A DNA stretch of 64,000 bases from Candidatus Algichlamydia australiensis (lineage in GTDB: Bacteria; Chlamydiota; Chlamydiia; Chlamydiales; JAJFMI01), in contig JAXCHI010000003.1 of the NCBI GenBank assembly GCA_033977065.1, positions 288,001-352,000 on the forward strand, written 5' to 3'. Numbering within the stretch: the first letter of the stretch is position 1; each line of letters starts with the position of its first letter. Shown one piece after another: positions 49,554 to 58,455 of this stretch. The notes below the pieces were generated by a model, which searched no databases, was not told where the DNA came from, and saw only the letters and a program-made list of their open reading frames with translations. The position numbers and the translations under genes are program-made.

Positions 49554-50786
49554 ATGGCATTTCCAGTTAACCAAGGACGCAGTTTTGGAGGCTTTAATAC
49601 AGGCCCACTCAGACAGACTAATGCCTATTTAGACATTTTTGAAACAGCTAGGGAAGGAGAAAATTGGGCGCTTATAGGTCCTGGGTATATGCGATCAGTA
49701 AGTAGTGGTGAAACTCCATATTTTCCTCGTTCTCCACAGGTCGTAGAACTAGCAAAATTAGGTGCTATGAAAAAGATCAGTCATTTAGATGTGTACGATT
49801 CAGCCCCTGAGCTTTTTTCAATTTTGAGACAACCCGGACAGGTCTCCTCTGGCAATTTTAGAATCGGCATTCGAAAAATGCTCGAATTAAACGAATGCGA
49901 TGAAAAACTAACAGAATTTTTTAATAAATTTGCTCAGGCTATTACAGCCGAAAAAAGTGAGCCAGAAATCGAATTCTTGACGCATGATTTTGCCAAACTA
50001 GATCGCGACAATCCTCCTCTTCAAAAAAGATATGATGTTGTATTTGCTACCTTTGTTTTGACAAGCAGTTCATATCTATTCCCACTAATGCTATCAAATT
50101 TTGTTAGAATTCTAAAACCAGGAGGCCGACTTTATATCGAAAATGTACGACAAGATTTGATTGAAGTGGGCCTAGACTGGAGCAATAAAATATTGACAAA
50201 AGAACGATGTGAAGAGAAAAATACACATCTTTTTAAAGTCCATAAAGCTACCCTGCCTATCCTTATGAAGTGTAAACCCAACTCGCAAATACCAGCTTCT
50301 GAAAGCGGATGCGAAAGACTTATGTTCATTTGCTCCAGAGGGCGGGAAAATTCAACAGGTGCTACCATAACGACCACAGAAATTGCAAAAATTTCTCTGA
50401 GTTTTACTCCTGAACTATCCGTAAGAAATAGAGAATTTACATTCAACGATGAAGAATATTGGTTTAAAAGGGCAAAGGAAAATAAAAAATTAGGCAAAAA
50501 TATAAAAAAGAGTTTAAAGAAAAAAAGTGAGGGAGGATTGAAGTTCTCTCCACTGGATTCCCTACATGGCATGACCCCTCTCCATGTTGCTGTCCTGTCA
50601 AATAACTTGGCCATGCTAAGGTTCTTCTCTAGATTTGTAGAAAAGGCTGAATGGGACAGACCGGACCGCTTTGAAATGTCCCCAAGAGATTACCTAACAG
50701 TGCCACATCACGACAACGAATGGCTAAAAACTTCTGAAACAGAAATTAATACTGTGATCAATAATTTTCGAGACTCTAAAAATTAA
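49554..50786 (+). CDS. Class I SAM methyltransferase-like domain plus C-terminal ankyrin repeat; candidate secreted effector
   Basis: YDVVFATFVL and ILKPGGRLYI methyltransferase motifs; GMTPLHVAVLSNNLAMLRF ankyrin motif; AGGGAG RBS. Confidence 0.7.
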   Translation: MAFPVNQGRSFGGFNTGPLRQTNAYLDIFETAREGENWALIGPGYMRSVSSGETPYFPRSPQVVELAKLGAMKKISHLDVYDSAPELFSILRQPGQVSSGNFRIGIRKMLELNECDEKLTEFFNKFAQAITAEKSEPEIEFLTHDFAKLDRDNPPLQKRYDVVFATFVLTSSSYLFPLMLSNFVRILKPGGRLYIENVRQDLIEVGLDWSNKILTKERCEEKNTHLFKVHKATLPILMKCKPNSQIPASESGCERLMFICSRGRENSTGATITTTEIAKISLSFTPELSVRNREFTFNDEEYWFKRAKENKKLGKNIKKSLKKKSEGGLKFSPLDSLHGMTPLHVAVLSNNLAMLRFFSRFVEKAEWDRPDRFEMSPRDYLTVPHHDNEWLKTSETEINTVINNFRDSKN

Positions 50787-50962
50787 AAATAAATCTTAAC
50801 TAGAAATTAAAGCAATTGTTATTTTGTTTTGAATTTCGTTGTTTTTACATAAGTTTTTTTCATAAAAAATAATAACTGGAAAATATGTTTATATAATTAC
50901 CCTCATTAGAGTTTTGGCAATTTTTGTTATAAAATATCTATTCTAGAAACCTTAAGAGAGAT

Positions 50963-50996
50963 AAAAAAAAGACCCTCCCATCTGGGAGGGCCTTTT
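50963..50996. terminator. Probable bidirectional intrinsic terminator
   Basis: A-run, CCCTCCC-ATCT-GGGAGGG hairpin, TTTT; located between convergent genes. Confidence 0.8.
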
Positions 50997-51016
50997 AAAA
51001 AGCGGTTTTAGTTTTA

Positions 51017-51673
51017 TTATCTCTCTAAGCAAGCTATTTCTAACAAATTTAAAGCAGCAACTTCCGCGGTTAATTTTCGCAGTCTACAAGTATCGTTATG
51101 ACCAAAAATATTTAGAAAAATAAAATTGCCAAAACCATCCCATGCTTTTCCCCACCCCCCTTTTTGGTATGTTTGGATCAAACCTTGGCCTTTCTTTACA
51201 GTTTTTTCCTCTAATCCCACATAATTACCGTTACCTAATCGTCTGTTATGCATAAAAAGAGTTGAGAGTTTTCCTGCATATTTTTCCGCTTCTTCGCGGT
51301 TTCGATTCCAAATATTCTGGTCAACTACGGCATACTTTTGCGCAAAATTTCGCATTTCATTGAGATCCTCTCTGGAGAGATTTTCGCGATTTAGAGGTAA
51401 GTACTTGTTTCCACACCTCTCAGTTTTTTTCAATACTTCATTAAAAACTAAGCAACTTGTCGAATTAGTTATCTTTCTCCTACATAGGGGGCAAGAAGGT
51501 CCTCTTTCTAGACGCTCCAACTCCAACAAAACACTTTTTGAAAACGTATGTCCACAATTTGTGATCACAGGATCGACAAAACGTTCAAGAGTTACAGGAT
51601 CAGTAAATTGATCCTCAAAATCAATAATGTTTGATTCTTCTCTGGTAAAATCAGCTTGCCTTATATTTTGCAT
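51017..51673 (-). CDS. U-box/RING-type E3 ubiquitin ligase-like effector
   Basis: FTDPVTLERFVDPVITNCGHTFSK...CPLCRRKI; GGAG RBS. Confidence 0.85.
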   Translation of the reverse strand: MQNIRQADFTREESNIIDFEDQFTDPVTLERFVDPVITNCGHTFSKSVLLELERLERGPSCPLCRRKITNSTSCLVFNEVLKKTERCGNKYLPLNRENLSREDLNEMRNFAQKYAVVDQNIWNRNREEAEKYAGKLSTLFMHNRRLGNGNYVGLEEKTVKKGQGLIQTYQKGGWGKAWDGFGNFIFLNIFGHNDTCRLRKLTAEVAALNLLEIACLER

Positions 51674-51708
51674 ACTCCAACCTCCTTTGGCGATTTTTTA
51701 AACAAATC

Positions 51709-51930
51709 TTAACATAAAAGAAATAATTGTCTACGAAATTCAAATGTTTTGCAAAAAGAAGAGCCCTTTTGAACCAATCCTAAAACCCCAAATTTTAATG
51801 GAGAAAAAATTGGCATCGCAACTGCATAAAAAGAATCAATAGAACGTTCTACTTTTAATCCAAAGTAAGTTCCAGTCAAGGGGACTGCTGCTAGCAGAAC
51901 ATAAATCCCTAAATATCTTGCATTGTTCAT
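51709..51930 (-). CDS. Small hypothetical membrane peptide (doubtful)
   Basis: 73-aa ORF with a hydrophobic N-terminus and no clear RBS. Confidence 0.25.
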   Translation of the reverse strand: MNNARYLGIYVLLAAVPLTGTYFGLKVERSIDSFYAVAMPIFSPLKFGVLGLVQKGSSFCKTFEFRRQLFLLC

Positions 51931-51941
51931 TAATTAAACTT

Positions 51942-52130
51942 TTAATTTAGAAGATTGGAGGTATGCTTACCGCTTTTTGCAAGAAGAGTAGTAAACATCT
52001 CTTTATCACTGCACATGGTTAGACCTTTGCATGCGCGCGTTATACCAGTGTGCAAGATTTTTCAAGAAAAGCGTTCCGATCCAGGAGGGAGGAGGAGCAA
52101 GAGCTCATAAAATTTACTCGCTTGACCTTT
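51942..52130 (-). pseudogene. Diverged duplicate of the last 63 codons of recD
   Basis: Translates KGQASKFYELLLLLPPGSERFS*KILHTGITRACKGLTMCSDKEMFTTLLAKSGKHTSNLLN*, ungapped against the RecD C-terminus (53557-53745). Confidence 0.93.
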
Positions 52131-52225
52131 CTTAAGAGTGTACAAATAACTGTGTAAACAAAGAAAAGCACCCCATCCCTGGAGAGCTTTAAAATGCATT
52201 GTAGAGAGCTTATGTTAAGGCTTTT

Positions 52226-53410
52226 TCAAGAGAGTGGACCTTTGGTTCTACGCCCTACAAAGCTTTCTAGAAAATTTATTTCCTCTAAAGGAGCTTCTCT
52301 CTCTTTTGCTTTATCAATTGAATCCTGAATATTTGCTTGATGTTCGATCAGTAAATACGCTAGCTCCTCATCTTTTTTTTGGGCTGCGTATCTTAATGGT
52401 GTCATAAAATTGTCATCAAAAAGGTTTGGATCAGCGCCATATTTTAACAACCGCTTTATTTCTGGAAGATTATCAAGAACTTTTTGAGTGTTCTCAAAGC
52501 AAAAAACTACTCTTTTATGAGAACTTATTGCAACAATTAGTTGAGTTTTTCCTTCATAATCTCGGACATCTATAAAACGTTTAGTGTGGGAAGCGAGATG
52601 CTTTTTTATTTCTTCATTTTCAATAAAATCCAACAGTTCAAATATCGAACAACCACGAATTTTCTCTTTAAATAGTCTCTGTTCCTTCAAAAGGATCTTC
52701 TTTACTCGCTCAACTTCTTCATTGAAAACAGCAACCACCAATTCTTCAAAATCATTCCCACACAAGAATGGTGTTTTTACAAATTCAAAGCTTCCTTTTT
52801 TAAGTGCAAGCAATTGCTTTCCAACTTCAAATTTGCCCTCATTTATTGCATAACAAATTGGATGTATAGAAATCTGAATCTCTTGTGCGTATTTAAGAAA
52901 AAGGTCTATTTTAGAGTTATCAATAAATCTTATAATCGCATTCCTGGTTCTTGTTTCGTCAAGGCCTTTTAATCCTCCGTTCTCGAGGAGTAGTTCTGTT
53001 AACTCAAAATTACCAACCTCAAGAGAAATGCTGACAGAGTCTAGTCCAAAATTCGCCCAATTATTTGGATCTGCGTTATGTTCTAGCAACATTTTCGCAA
53101 TCTCTTTCTGTCCTTTTCGCACAGCCTTGCACAAAACTGTTTCATACCCGCTGTCACCCTCCTCATCTAAGAAAACAGCACCTACTTCTTCCTCTTCACA
53201 AACTTTAACAACATTTGGATCTGCTCTATTTTCTAGCAAAAGTTTGACGATCTCTCTGTTTCCTATTGAAACTGCATTCGAAAGTGCGGTTTTTCCATTT
53301 TCTAAAATTGCGTTAAAATCAAAGCCGTTCAAGAGTCCTTGAGTCTCTGAAAAATTTCCCTCTAAAATAGCTCCAAGCAAGCCACTCTCTTTTTCTAACT
53401 TTGCTGTCAT
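52226..53410 (-). CDS. Ankyrin repeat protein, candidate effector
   Basis: GKTALSNAVSIGNREIVKLLLENRADPN, ETVLCKAVRKGQKEIAKMLLEHNADPN, MTPLRYAAQKKDEELAYLLIEHQANI; GGAGG RBS. Confidence 0.92.
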   Translation of the reverse strand: MTAKLEKESGLLGAILEGNFSETQGLLNGFDFNAILENGKTALSNAVSIGNREIVKLLLENRADPNVVKVCEEEEVGAVFLDEEGDSGYETVLCKAVRKGQKEIAKMLLEHNADPNNWANFGLDSVSISLEVGNFELTELLLENGGLKGLDETRTRNAIIRFIDNSKIDLFLKYAQEIQISIHPICYAINEGKFEVGKQLLALKKGSFEFVKTPFLCGNDFEELVVAVFNEEVERVKKILLKEQRLFKEKIRGCSIFELLDFIENEEIKKHLASHTKRFIDVRDYEGKTQLIVAISSHKRVVFCFENTQKVLDNLPEIKRLLKYGADPNLFDDNFMTPLRYAAQKKDEELAYLLIEHQANIQDSIDKAKEREAPLEEINFLESFVGRRTKGPLS

Positions 53411-53475
53411 CTTTACCTCCCTAAAAAACTGACAAGAGATTACAACAATACAAACTTTTCTTGCAACAACTTACC

Positions 53476-53522
53476 AACTCAATTTGCCATCCGCGAGCGA
53501 GAAGGGGATAGCAAATTGAGTT
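53476..53522 (-). repeat. Long inverted repeat / hairpin downstream of recD
   Basis: AACTCAATTTGC...GCAAATTGAGTT 12-bp perfect arms, extendable to 17 bp with one G:U pair on the minus strand. Confidence 0.7.
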
Positions 53523-53556
53523 AATAGGATTTATTTTTATCTTAGAATTAGAGTAT

Positions 53557-55206
53557 TTACTTTAAAATATTGGAGGTGCGTTTGCCGCTTTTGACTAGAA
53601 GAGAGATGAACATCTCTTTATCGCCGCAAATAGTGAGACTTTTACGCGCGCGGGTGATTCCAGTGTATAAGATTTCTCGAGAAAAGCGCTCTGATCCGGG
53701 AGGAAGAAGAAGTAAGAGCTCATCAAATTCGCTCCCTTGACTTTTGTGAATCGAGAGAGCGTAGCTGATTTCATGCGGAGGAAGAAGAAGCGCAGCCATC
53801 TCCTTGCCACCGGGAAAATAGGCGCGATCTTCCGGCTGGAGTGTCCCATTTTTCTCTTTTATTTCGCGAATAACAATACCCGCTTCTCCATTGTAAAGCT
53901 CATGCTCATAGGAGTTTTTGGTAATCAGGATGGGATAAGCAAAAAAGTAGGGCAACTTACAATTTTCTGTGAGGTGGGCAAGAGCTTGGTCTCCAATTCC
54001 AGAGACTCCGTAACGCCCCTCTCTTAAAGGTGTAAGAATGCGAAATTTTTGCAGGTTTTCTAAAAGTTGTTTTGGGTCGGGGCGCTCTTTTGTTGGTTTA
54101 GGAAAATGGTGCAAGATCGGCTCTTTTAGATCTGCAGGGAGCGGTTGCAAGTTCGCCATTTCAATAGCTTGCGTTTCACCGTGGCGTACGTGATCTGCTA
54201 AGTCCAAAAGCTCTTTGCGGTCAGAGCGCAAACAGCGCGTAAGTTCGCAGTAGTTTTTGGGAAATTTTTGTTTGATGTGTTGGCAAATTTGGGTGAAGAG
54301 ATCGCCTGCTTCTACAGGCGGCAGCTGATCGCCATCACCCATGATAATGAGGCGCGCGTTAGGTGGTACAGCTTGCAAAAATGTCGAGAAAAGGCGCGCA
54401 TCGATCATAGATGCTTCGTCTACAATAATGAGATCCGCATCGAGACGCGGTGGAGTTTGATAGAAATCTTTGGGTCCACGAATTTTTAAGAGTTGATGGA
54501 GAGTTCCAGAGGTTACTTGGTATTGGGTCATTCCCTCTGCTAGCTTTGCAGTCGCTTTTCCAGTCGGAGCTGTGATGAGTACACGGCCCTTGAAGTGGTT
54601 GAGGATGTGCGCAGCGGTAAACGTTTTTCCGCGGCCTGGCCCACCGGTGAGGAGAAGGAAAGAATTTTTTAAGGCTTTGGTGACAGCTTCTCTCTGCTCT
54701 TCGGTGAGTTGGGAAGAGAGTTCTTGAGGCTCGATAGGAGTGCAGGGACGGCTGAGAAGCGCGAGCAGAGTTTTCTCCATGCTCTTTTCAAAGTAGTAGT
54801 TGCGGGAGAGGTAGTAGTGATTGTTTTCCTGAACGATGGGGCCATTTGGCTTAGGGATAAATTGCTTAGCACCACTTAGCGCTTTTTCCAAAATTTCTTC
54901 TGGGCAGTCGGGCAAGATGCGATCTTTTTCTACAGTAATGCAGAGGTGACCCGCGCGCGATTGCGCCATGAGGAGCGCCAAAAATGTTTGGACATCTTCG
55001 CGCTCATCTATCGCCTTTGCAAAGGCTAGGTCGACATGGAAGCACTGAATAGGTGCTCTTTTTGAAAAGGTCTCAAAAATTGAGGCTAAATTGGTTTTGG
55101 AGAACGGAGCTAACTCCTTAAGAGTTAGCGAGTTCGAAAAATCAATTTGGGCCAACTTTTTGCGTCTTTTCGAAAAGTCTGACATGTTCAGGGGTTCCAT
55201 ACACAA
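53557..55206 (-). CDS. recD: Exodeoxyribonuclease V alpha subunit
   Basis: TGGPGRGKT, APTGKA, TLHQLL, VDEASM, GDGDQLPPVEAG, SIHKSQGSEF, LYTGITRAR. Confidence 0.96.
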   Translation of the reverse strand: MCMEPLNMSDFSKRRKKLAQIDFSNSLTLKELAPFSKTNLASIFETFSKRAPIQCFHVDLAFAKAIDEREDVQTFLALLMAQSRAGHLCITVEKDRILPDCPEEILEKALSGAKQFIPKPNGPIVQENNHYYLSRNYYFEKSMEKTLLALLSRPCTPIEPQELSSQLTEEQREAVTKALKNSFLLLTGGPGRGKTFTAAHILNHFKGRVLITAPTGKATAKLAEGMTQYQVTSGTLHQLLKIRGPKDFYQTPPRLDADLIIVDEASMIDARLFSTFLQAVPPNARLIIMGDGDQLPPVEAGDLFTQICQHIKQKFPKNYCELTRCLRSDRKELLDLADHVRHGETQAIEMANLQPLPADLKEPILHHFPKPTKERPDPKQLLENLQKFRILTPLREGRYGVSGIGDQALAHLTENCKLPYFFAYPILITKNSYEHELYNGEAGIVIREIKEKNGTLQPEDRAYFPGGKEMAALLLPPHEISYALSIHKSQGSEFDELLLLLPPGSERFSREILYTGITRARKSLTICGDKEMFISLLVKSGKRTSNILK

Positions 55207-58010
55207 GAATAGACTCCCTCATTCCACTTCAAACCGCGCAGAAAAAAGTAGTAGATACCACCTAGCTCCTTGCCCATCAACTTCGCGTAACGCTCAAGCG
55301 CCTCACCATAAATTTTTGCCTGTAAAAAGTATTCATGCGCCTGCATCGCTTTTTCTAAACTCTTTTTTTTATACTGCTCTTTTTCTTTGCCGAGGTAGTT
55401 AGATTTCCAGTCGACAAGATAGAGACGATTCTCTTTTTCAAAGATGAGATCAGCAAATCCTTTTAATCGTGTCTGCTCATTTTGAGGATAGAGAAATTCC
55501 AATTCTGTGACCATGCTTGCTGGAGAAATTTCGGAAAGGTTGTGTCCATCAAATGAGATCGCAAAAGATCGGGTCACCATTGTTGCAATCTCTTCCGCAT
55601 GCTCTTTGTAAACACCGGCGCGTGTCATGGCAAGGATTTGCTCGGCAAAATTTTCTTCTTGGTAAAGCGCCTCATCAACCGTTTTTTCCAAGAGCGCATG
55701 TAGGTAGATGCCGACATCAGCGCCCGCTGGAAGCTCTCCCTCTTCAGGTCTCTCACCTTCAAAAGTGTAGTGCTTTGTTGCAAGTGAGGTAAATGAGTGG
55801 AGATAGGAGGTAGCAAATTCTCTTTGAAAAGAGTGCTGAGTTAAGGCATTTTTCTCTTCAGTATGGAAGGGAGCAGGCTGATCGCTTGCGAGGTCTATCG
55901 TTTCAAACTCCCCCTCTACACTTTCAAAAAAGCGCGCGCCAAGGGTCGGTTTTCCCTGCAAAAGAGGGAAGTAGACACAATCTTTTCCTCGGGTTAGCGC
56001 AACATAGAGCCCGCGCATCGCCTCAGCTTCGGCTCGCGCTTCCTTAGCTGCTAAATTCAAAGCAAAAACCACAGGAAACTCTAATCCTTTGCTCATGTGC
56101 ATCGTCATGATGGTGACACTATTTTCATCGGCAAGGCGCGTTGCTTTGTAGCGCATATCACTATCAAGATGTCTCTTCTTAATCTCTTGCAAACGGCGAG
56201 CGGGATCTGTCGTCTTCGCTTCTAGCAGTAAATCGGCTATCTGCATTAAGTGGCCATACTCTTCCAGGCTAAGTCTTTCATATAAAGTCACGCCATTCCA
56301 TGGGGTTTTGAGTAATTCGTCTAAAAAAGTACTTATTCCCTTTTCCTCAAGTAGAGCGCTAAGGTAAGAGAGTCTTGCAAGTTCTTGTGTAAGATCAGAA
56401 GAAAAAATTTGTTGATCCGTGTAGCCAACAATGGGGTGAGCTAAAAAGCGACGCATCTCACCTTTAAGAGCAGCAAAAAGATCGATAAAGAATTCAAAAC
56501 TAAGAGTTTCGGCAATGTGGACCATTCCCTTAGCGCGTACCGGAATGCGACATTTTGCAAGATAGGTCTCCACGCGTGCTGCTTGATAGCGATCTTTTAC
56601 CAGGATGGCAATATCCGAAAAGGGGCGTTTTAACGCCTCATTTGCGATGAAAGGAAAGAGATCTTCCTCTTTTTCTGCGCGCAAAAAATTGAAACTACCG
56701 CCTTCATCTCCTCCTGCTTCTACCGTGCGGTAATTTAGCGGCAGCCCCTCCTCTTCAAGCCAAGAGCCCGCCCCCGCAAAAAGACGATTGAGTTCTGAGA
56801 GTAAATATTTTTTAGAGCGATAATTTGTGCCGAGTGTGGCAAACGCCTTTTCTCCCATCTGCTCTTTTGCCCGAAAATAAACCTTTAAATCAGCTCCGCG
56901 AAAAGAGTAAATCGACTGCTTTGGATCCCCTACAACAATAAAGCTCTCAGAGTTTAAAAATAGAGTTTTAAAAATATCCCATTGCAGCACATCCGTATCT
57001 TGAAATTCATCGATGATGGCTGCGCGATAGCGTTTTTGAATCGCCTCGCAAAACGCAGGTTTGTTCAATGCGCTTCGCATCTTTTGCAATAACTCATCTG
57101 GAGAAGTCGTCCCCTCTTCGCTCTTTTGCAACTCCTGATTCACACGATGAGCTAAGCGCAAAAAAGTGTTTTGCGGTGAGCGTGCCTCTTCTATCACAGG
57201 AAGAACCGATTCTTGCAATCTAAGTAGAAGAGGAGAGAGCTCTCCTTTGGCTCTTGCCTTGCGATTTTCGTCGGACAGTTTATGCAAGAAAGTTTCTTCT
57301 GCAAGCAGCAAAGAAAAATTCTCCCCATTTCCAAAAAATTCCACTTGTTTAACAAAGTGCGGGTGCAACTCTCCCTGCCGATTGGCCAACCCCTTGTACG
57401 AAGCGCTTGCCTCTTGCAGAGCCGCAAGCAGGTCCTCTGCTTCTATTGGAGGTAGCTCAGCAGAAAATTGCTCCTGCATCTCTAAAAAATTGGGAAGTGC
57501 CTCTCCTTCCCGCGCTGCAATCAAACTCTCTGTCAATCGCTCTATAGAATTTCCAAAAGAACGCAATAAAAGATCGAGCTGCACAGGATCGAACCCCTCT
57601 AAAGGAGAACGCAGCACCTGCAAAATGGCTTTGCGCGCATCTTTTGTCCAATCACTCTCATCAGGATCAGGAAGCGCGGGCGTAAGTCCCGCTTCAAAGG
57701 CAAACTCCGTAAGCATGCGATGGCAAAAGCCGTGAATCGTAAAGACGGCCGCGCGGTCCATCTCAATAATAACCTCTTCTACCCGTTTGCACTTTGGAAG
57801 CGAAGCAATATTGGCATGAATGCGCTCTTTGAGCTCACGTGCAGCCGCACGCGTGAACGTAACAAGGAGCACCTCCTCAACAGAGAAGTTCTCCTCAAGT
57901 ACAAGCCGGGCAAAAATCTTTTCAATCGCAAAGGTCTTGCCCGTACCTGCAGATGCTTCAATAAAATGCCTTCCCAAAACTTGCGTCTTAGGGTCTAGCA
58001 CATCAAACAT
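55188..58010 (-). CDS. recB: Exodeoxyribonuclease V beta subunit
   Basis: IEASAGTGKT, VTFT, TIHGFC, IDEFQDT, GDPKQSIYSFRGAD, YVALTR, nuclease GFADL...VDWKSN. Confidence 0.96.
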   Translation of the reverse strand: MFDVLDPKTQVLGRHFIEASAGTGKTFAIEKIFARLVLEENFSVEEVLLVTFTRAAARELKERIHANIASLPKCKRVEEVIIEMDRAAVFTIHGFCHRMLTEFAFEAGLTPALPDPDESDWTKDARKAILQVLRSPLEGFDPVQLDLLLRSFGNSIERLTESLIAAREGEALPNFLEMQEQFSAELPPIEAEDLLAALQEASASYKGLANRQGELHPHFVKQVEFFGNGENFSLLLAEETFLHKLSDENRKARAKGELSPLLLRLQESVLPVIEEARSPQNTFLRLAHRVNQELQKSEEGTTSPDELLQKMRSALNKPAFCEAIQKRYRAAIIDEFQDTDVLQWDIFKTLFLNSESFIVVGDPKQSIYSFRGADLKVYFRAKEQMGEKAFATLGTNYRSKKYLLSELNRLFAGAGSWLEEEGLPLNYRTVEAGGDEGGSFNFLRAEKEEDLFPFIANEALKRPFSDIAILVKDRYQAARVETYLAKCRIPVRAKGMVHIAETLSFEFFIDLFAALKGEMRRFLAHPIVGYTDQQIFSSDLTQELARLSYLSALLEEKGISTFLDELLKTPWNGVTLYERLSLEEYGHLMQIADLLLEAKTTDPARRLQEIKKRHLDSDMRYKATRLADENSVTIMTMHMSKGLEFPVVFALNLAAKEARAEAEAMRGLYVALTRGKDCVYFPLLQGKPTLGARFFESVEGEFETIDLASDQPAPFHTEEKNALTQHSFQREFATSYLHSFTSLATKHYTFEGERPEEGELPAGADVGIYLHALLEKTVDEALYQEENFAEQILAMTRAGVYKEHAEEIATMVTRSFAISFDGHNLSEISPASMVTELEFLYPQNEQTRLKGFADLIFEKENRLYLVDWKSNYLGKEKEQYKKKSLEKAMQAHEYFLQAKIYGEALERYAKLMGKELGGIYYFFLRGLKWNEGVYSCVWNP

Positions 58011-58027
58011 TTTGCACCACTATATTC

Positions 58028-58447
58028 TTAGTCTGCTAACGAATAGATCGTATCAACAGCAGGCGCTTTTGGAGCTGCTGTAACTTTTACACCTTCGTAC
58101 ACAGGCACTTGCTGATCGTTTGGCTTAGTTTGTGCTTGCTGTACATCTCCAATTGGTCCACCCTCATAGATAGGCGTTGAATGCGGTGGTGTCGACTTAA
58201 CTCTATAATCTCCAGCTTCCATTTTCTTTTCTCCTATTTGTTCGTAATCAGTTTCTTGAAACGGCCAACTTCCCTCTTCTCCATTACCAGTATCAAAAAA
58301 AACTCTTTCTCTCACATATGCAACACGAGGGTCTGTTTCAACCATTGCTCTAAGATCTTTTTGAAGATCTTCAGACTCTTGAGACGATGTTGGTGTATGA
58401 CCTCTTACCCCTTCAGTAGCAACTCTTGTGGAAACACTCTGCATCAT
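58028..58447 (-). CDS. Small low-complexity protein with repeated tyrosine motifs, located between recC and recB
   Basis: GAGGT RBS; 139 aa with DYEQI, PIYEG, PVYEG, TIYSL. Confidence 0.75.
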   Translation of the reverse strand: MMQSVSTRVATEGVRGHTPTSSQESEDLQKDLRAMVETDPRVAYVRERVFFDTGNGEEGSWPFQETDYEQIGEKKMEAGDYRVKSTPPHSTPIYEGGPIGDVQQAQTKPNDQQVPVYEGVKVTAAPKAPAVDTIYSLAD

Positions 58448-58455
58448 ACCTCAAG

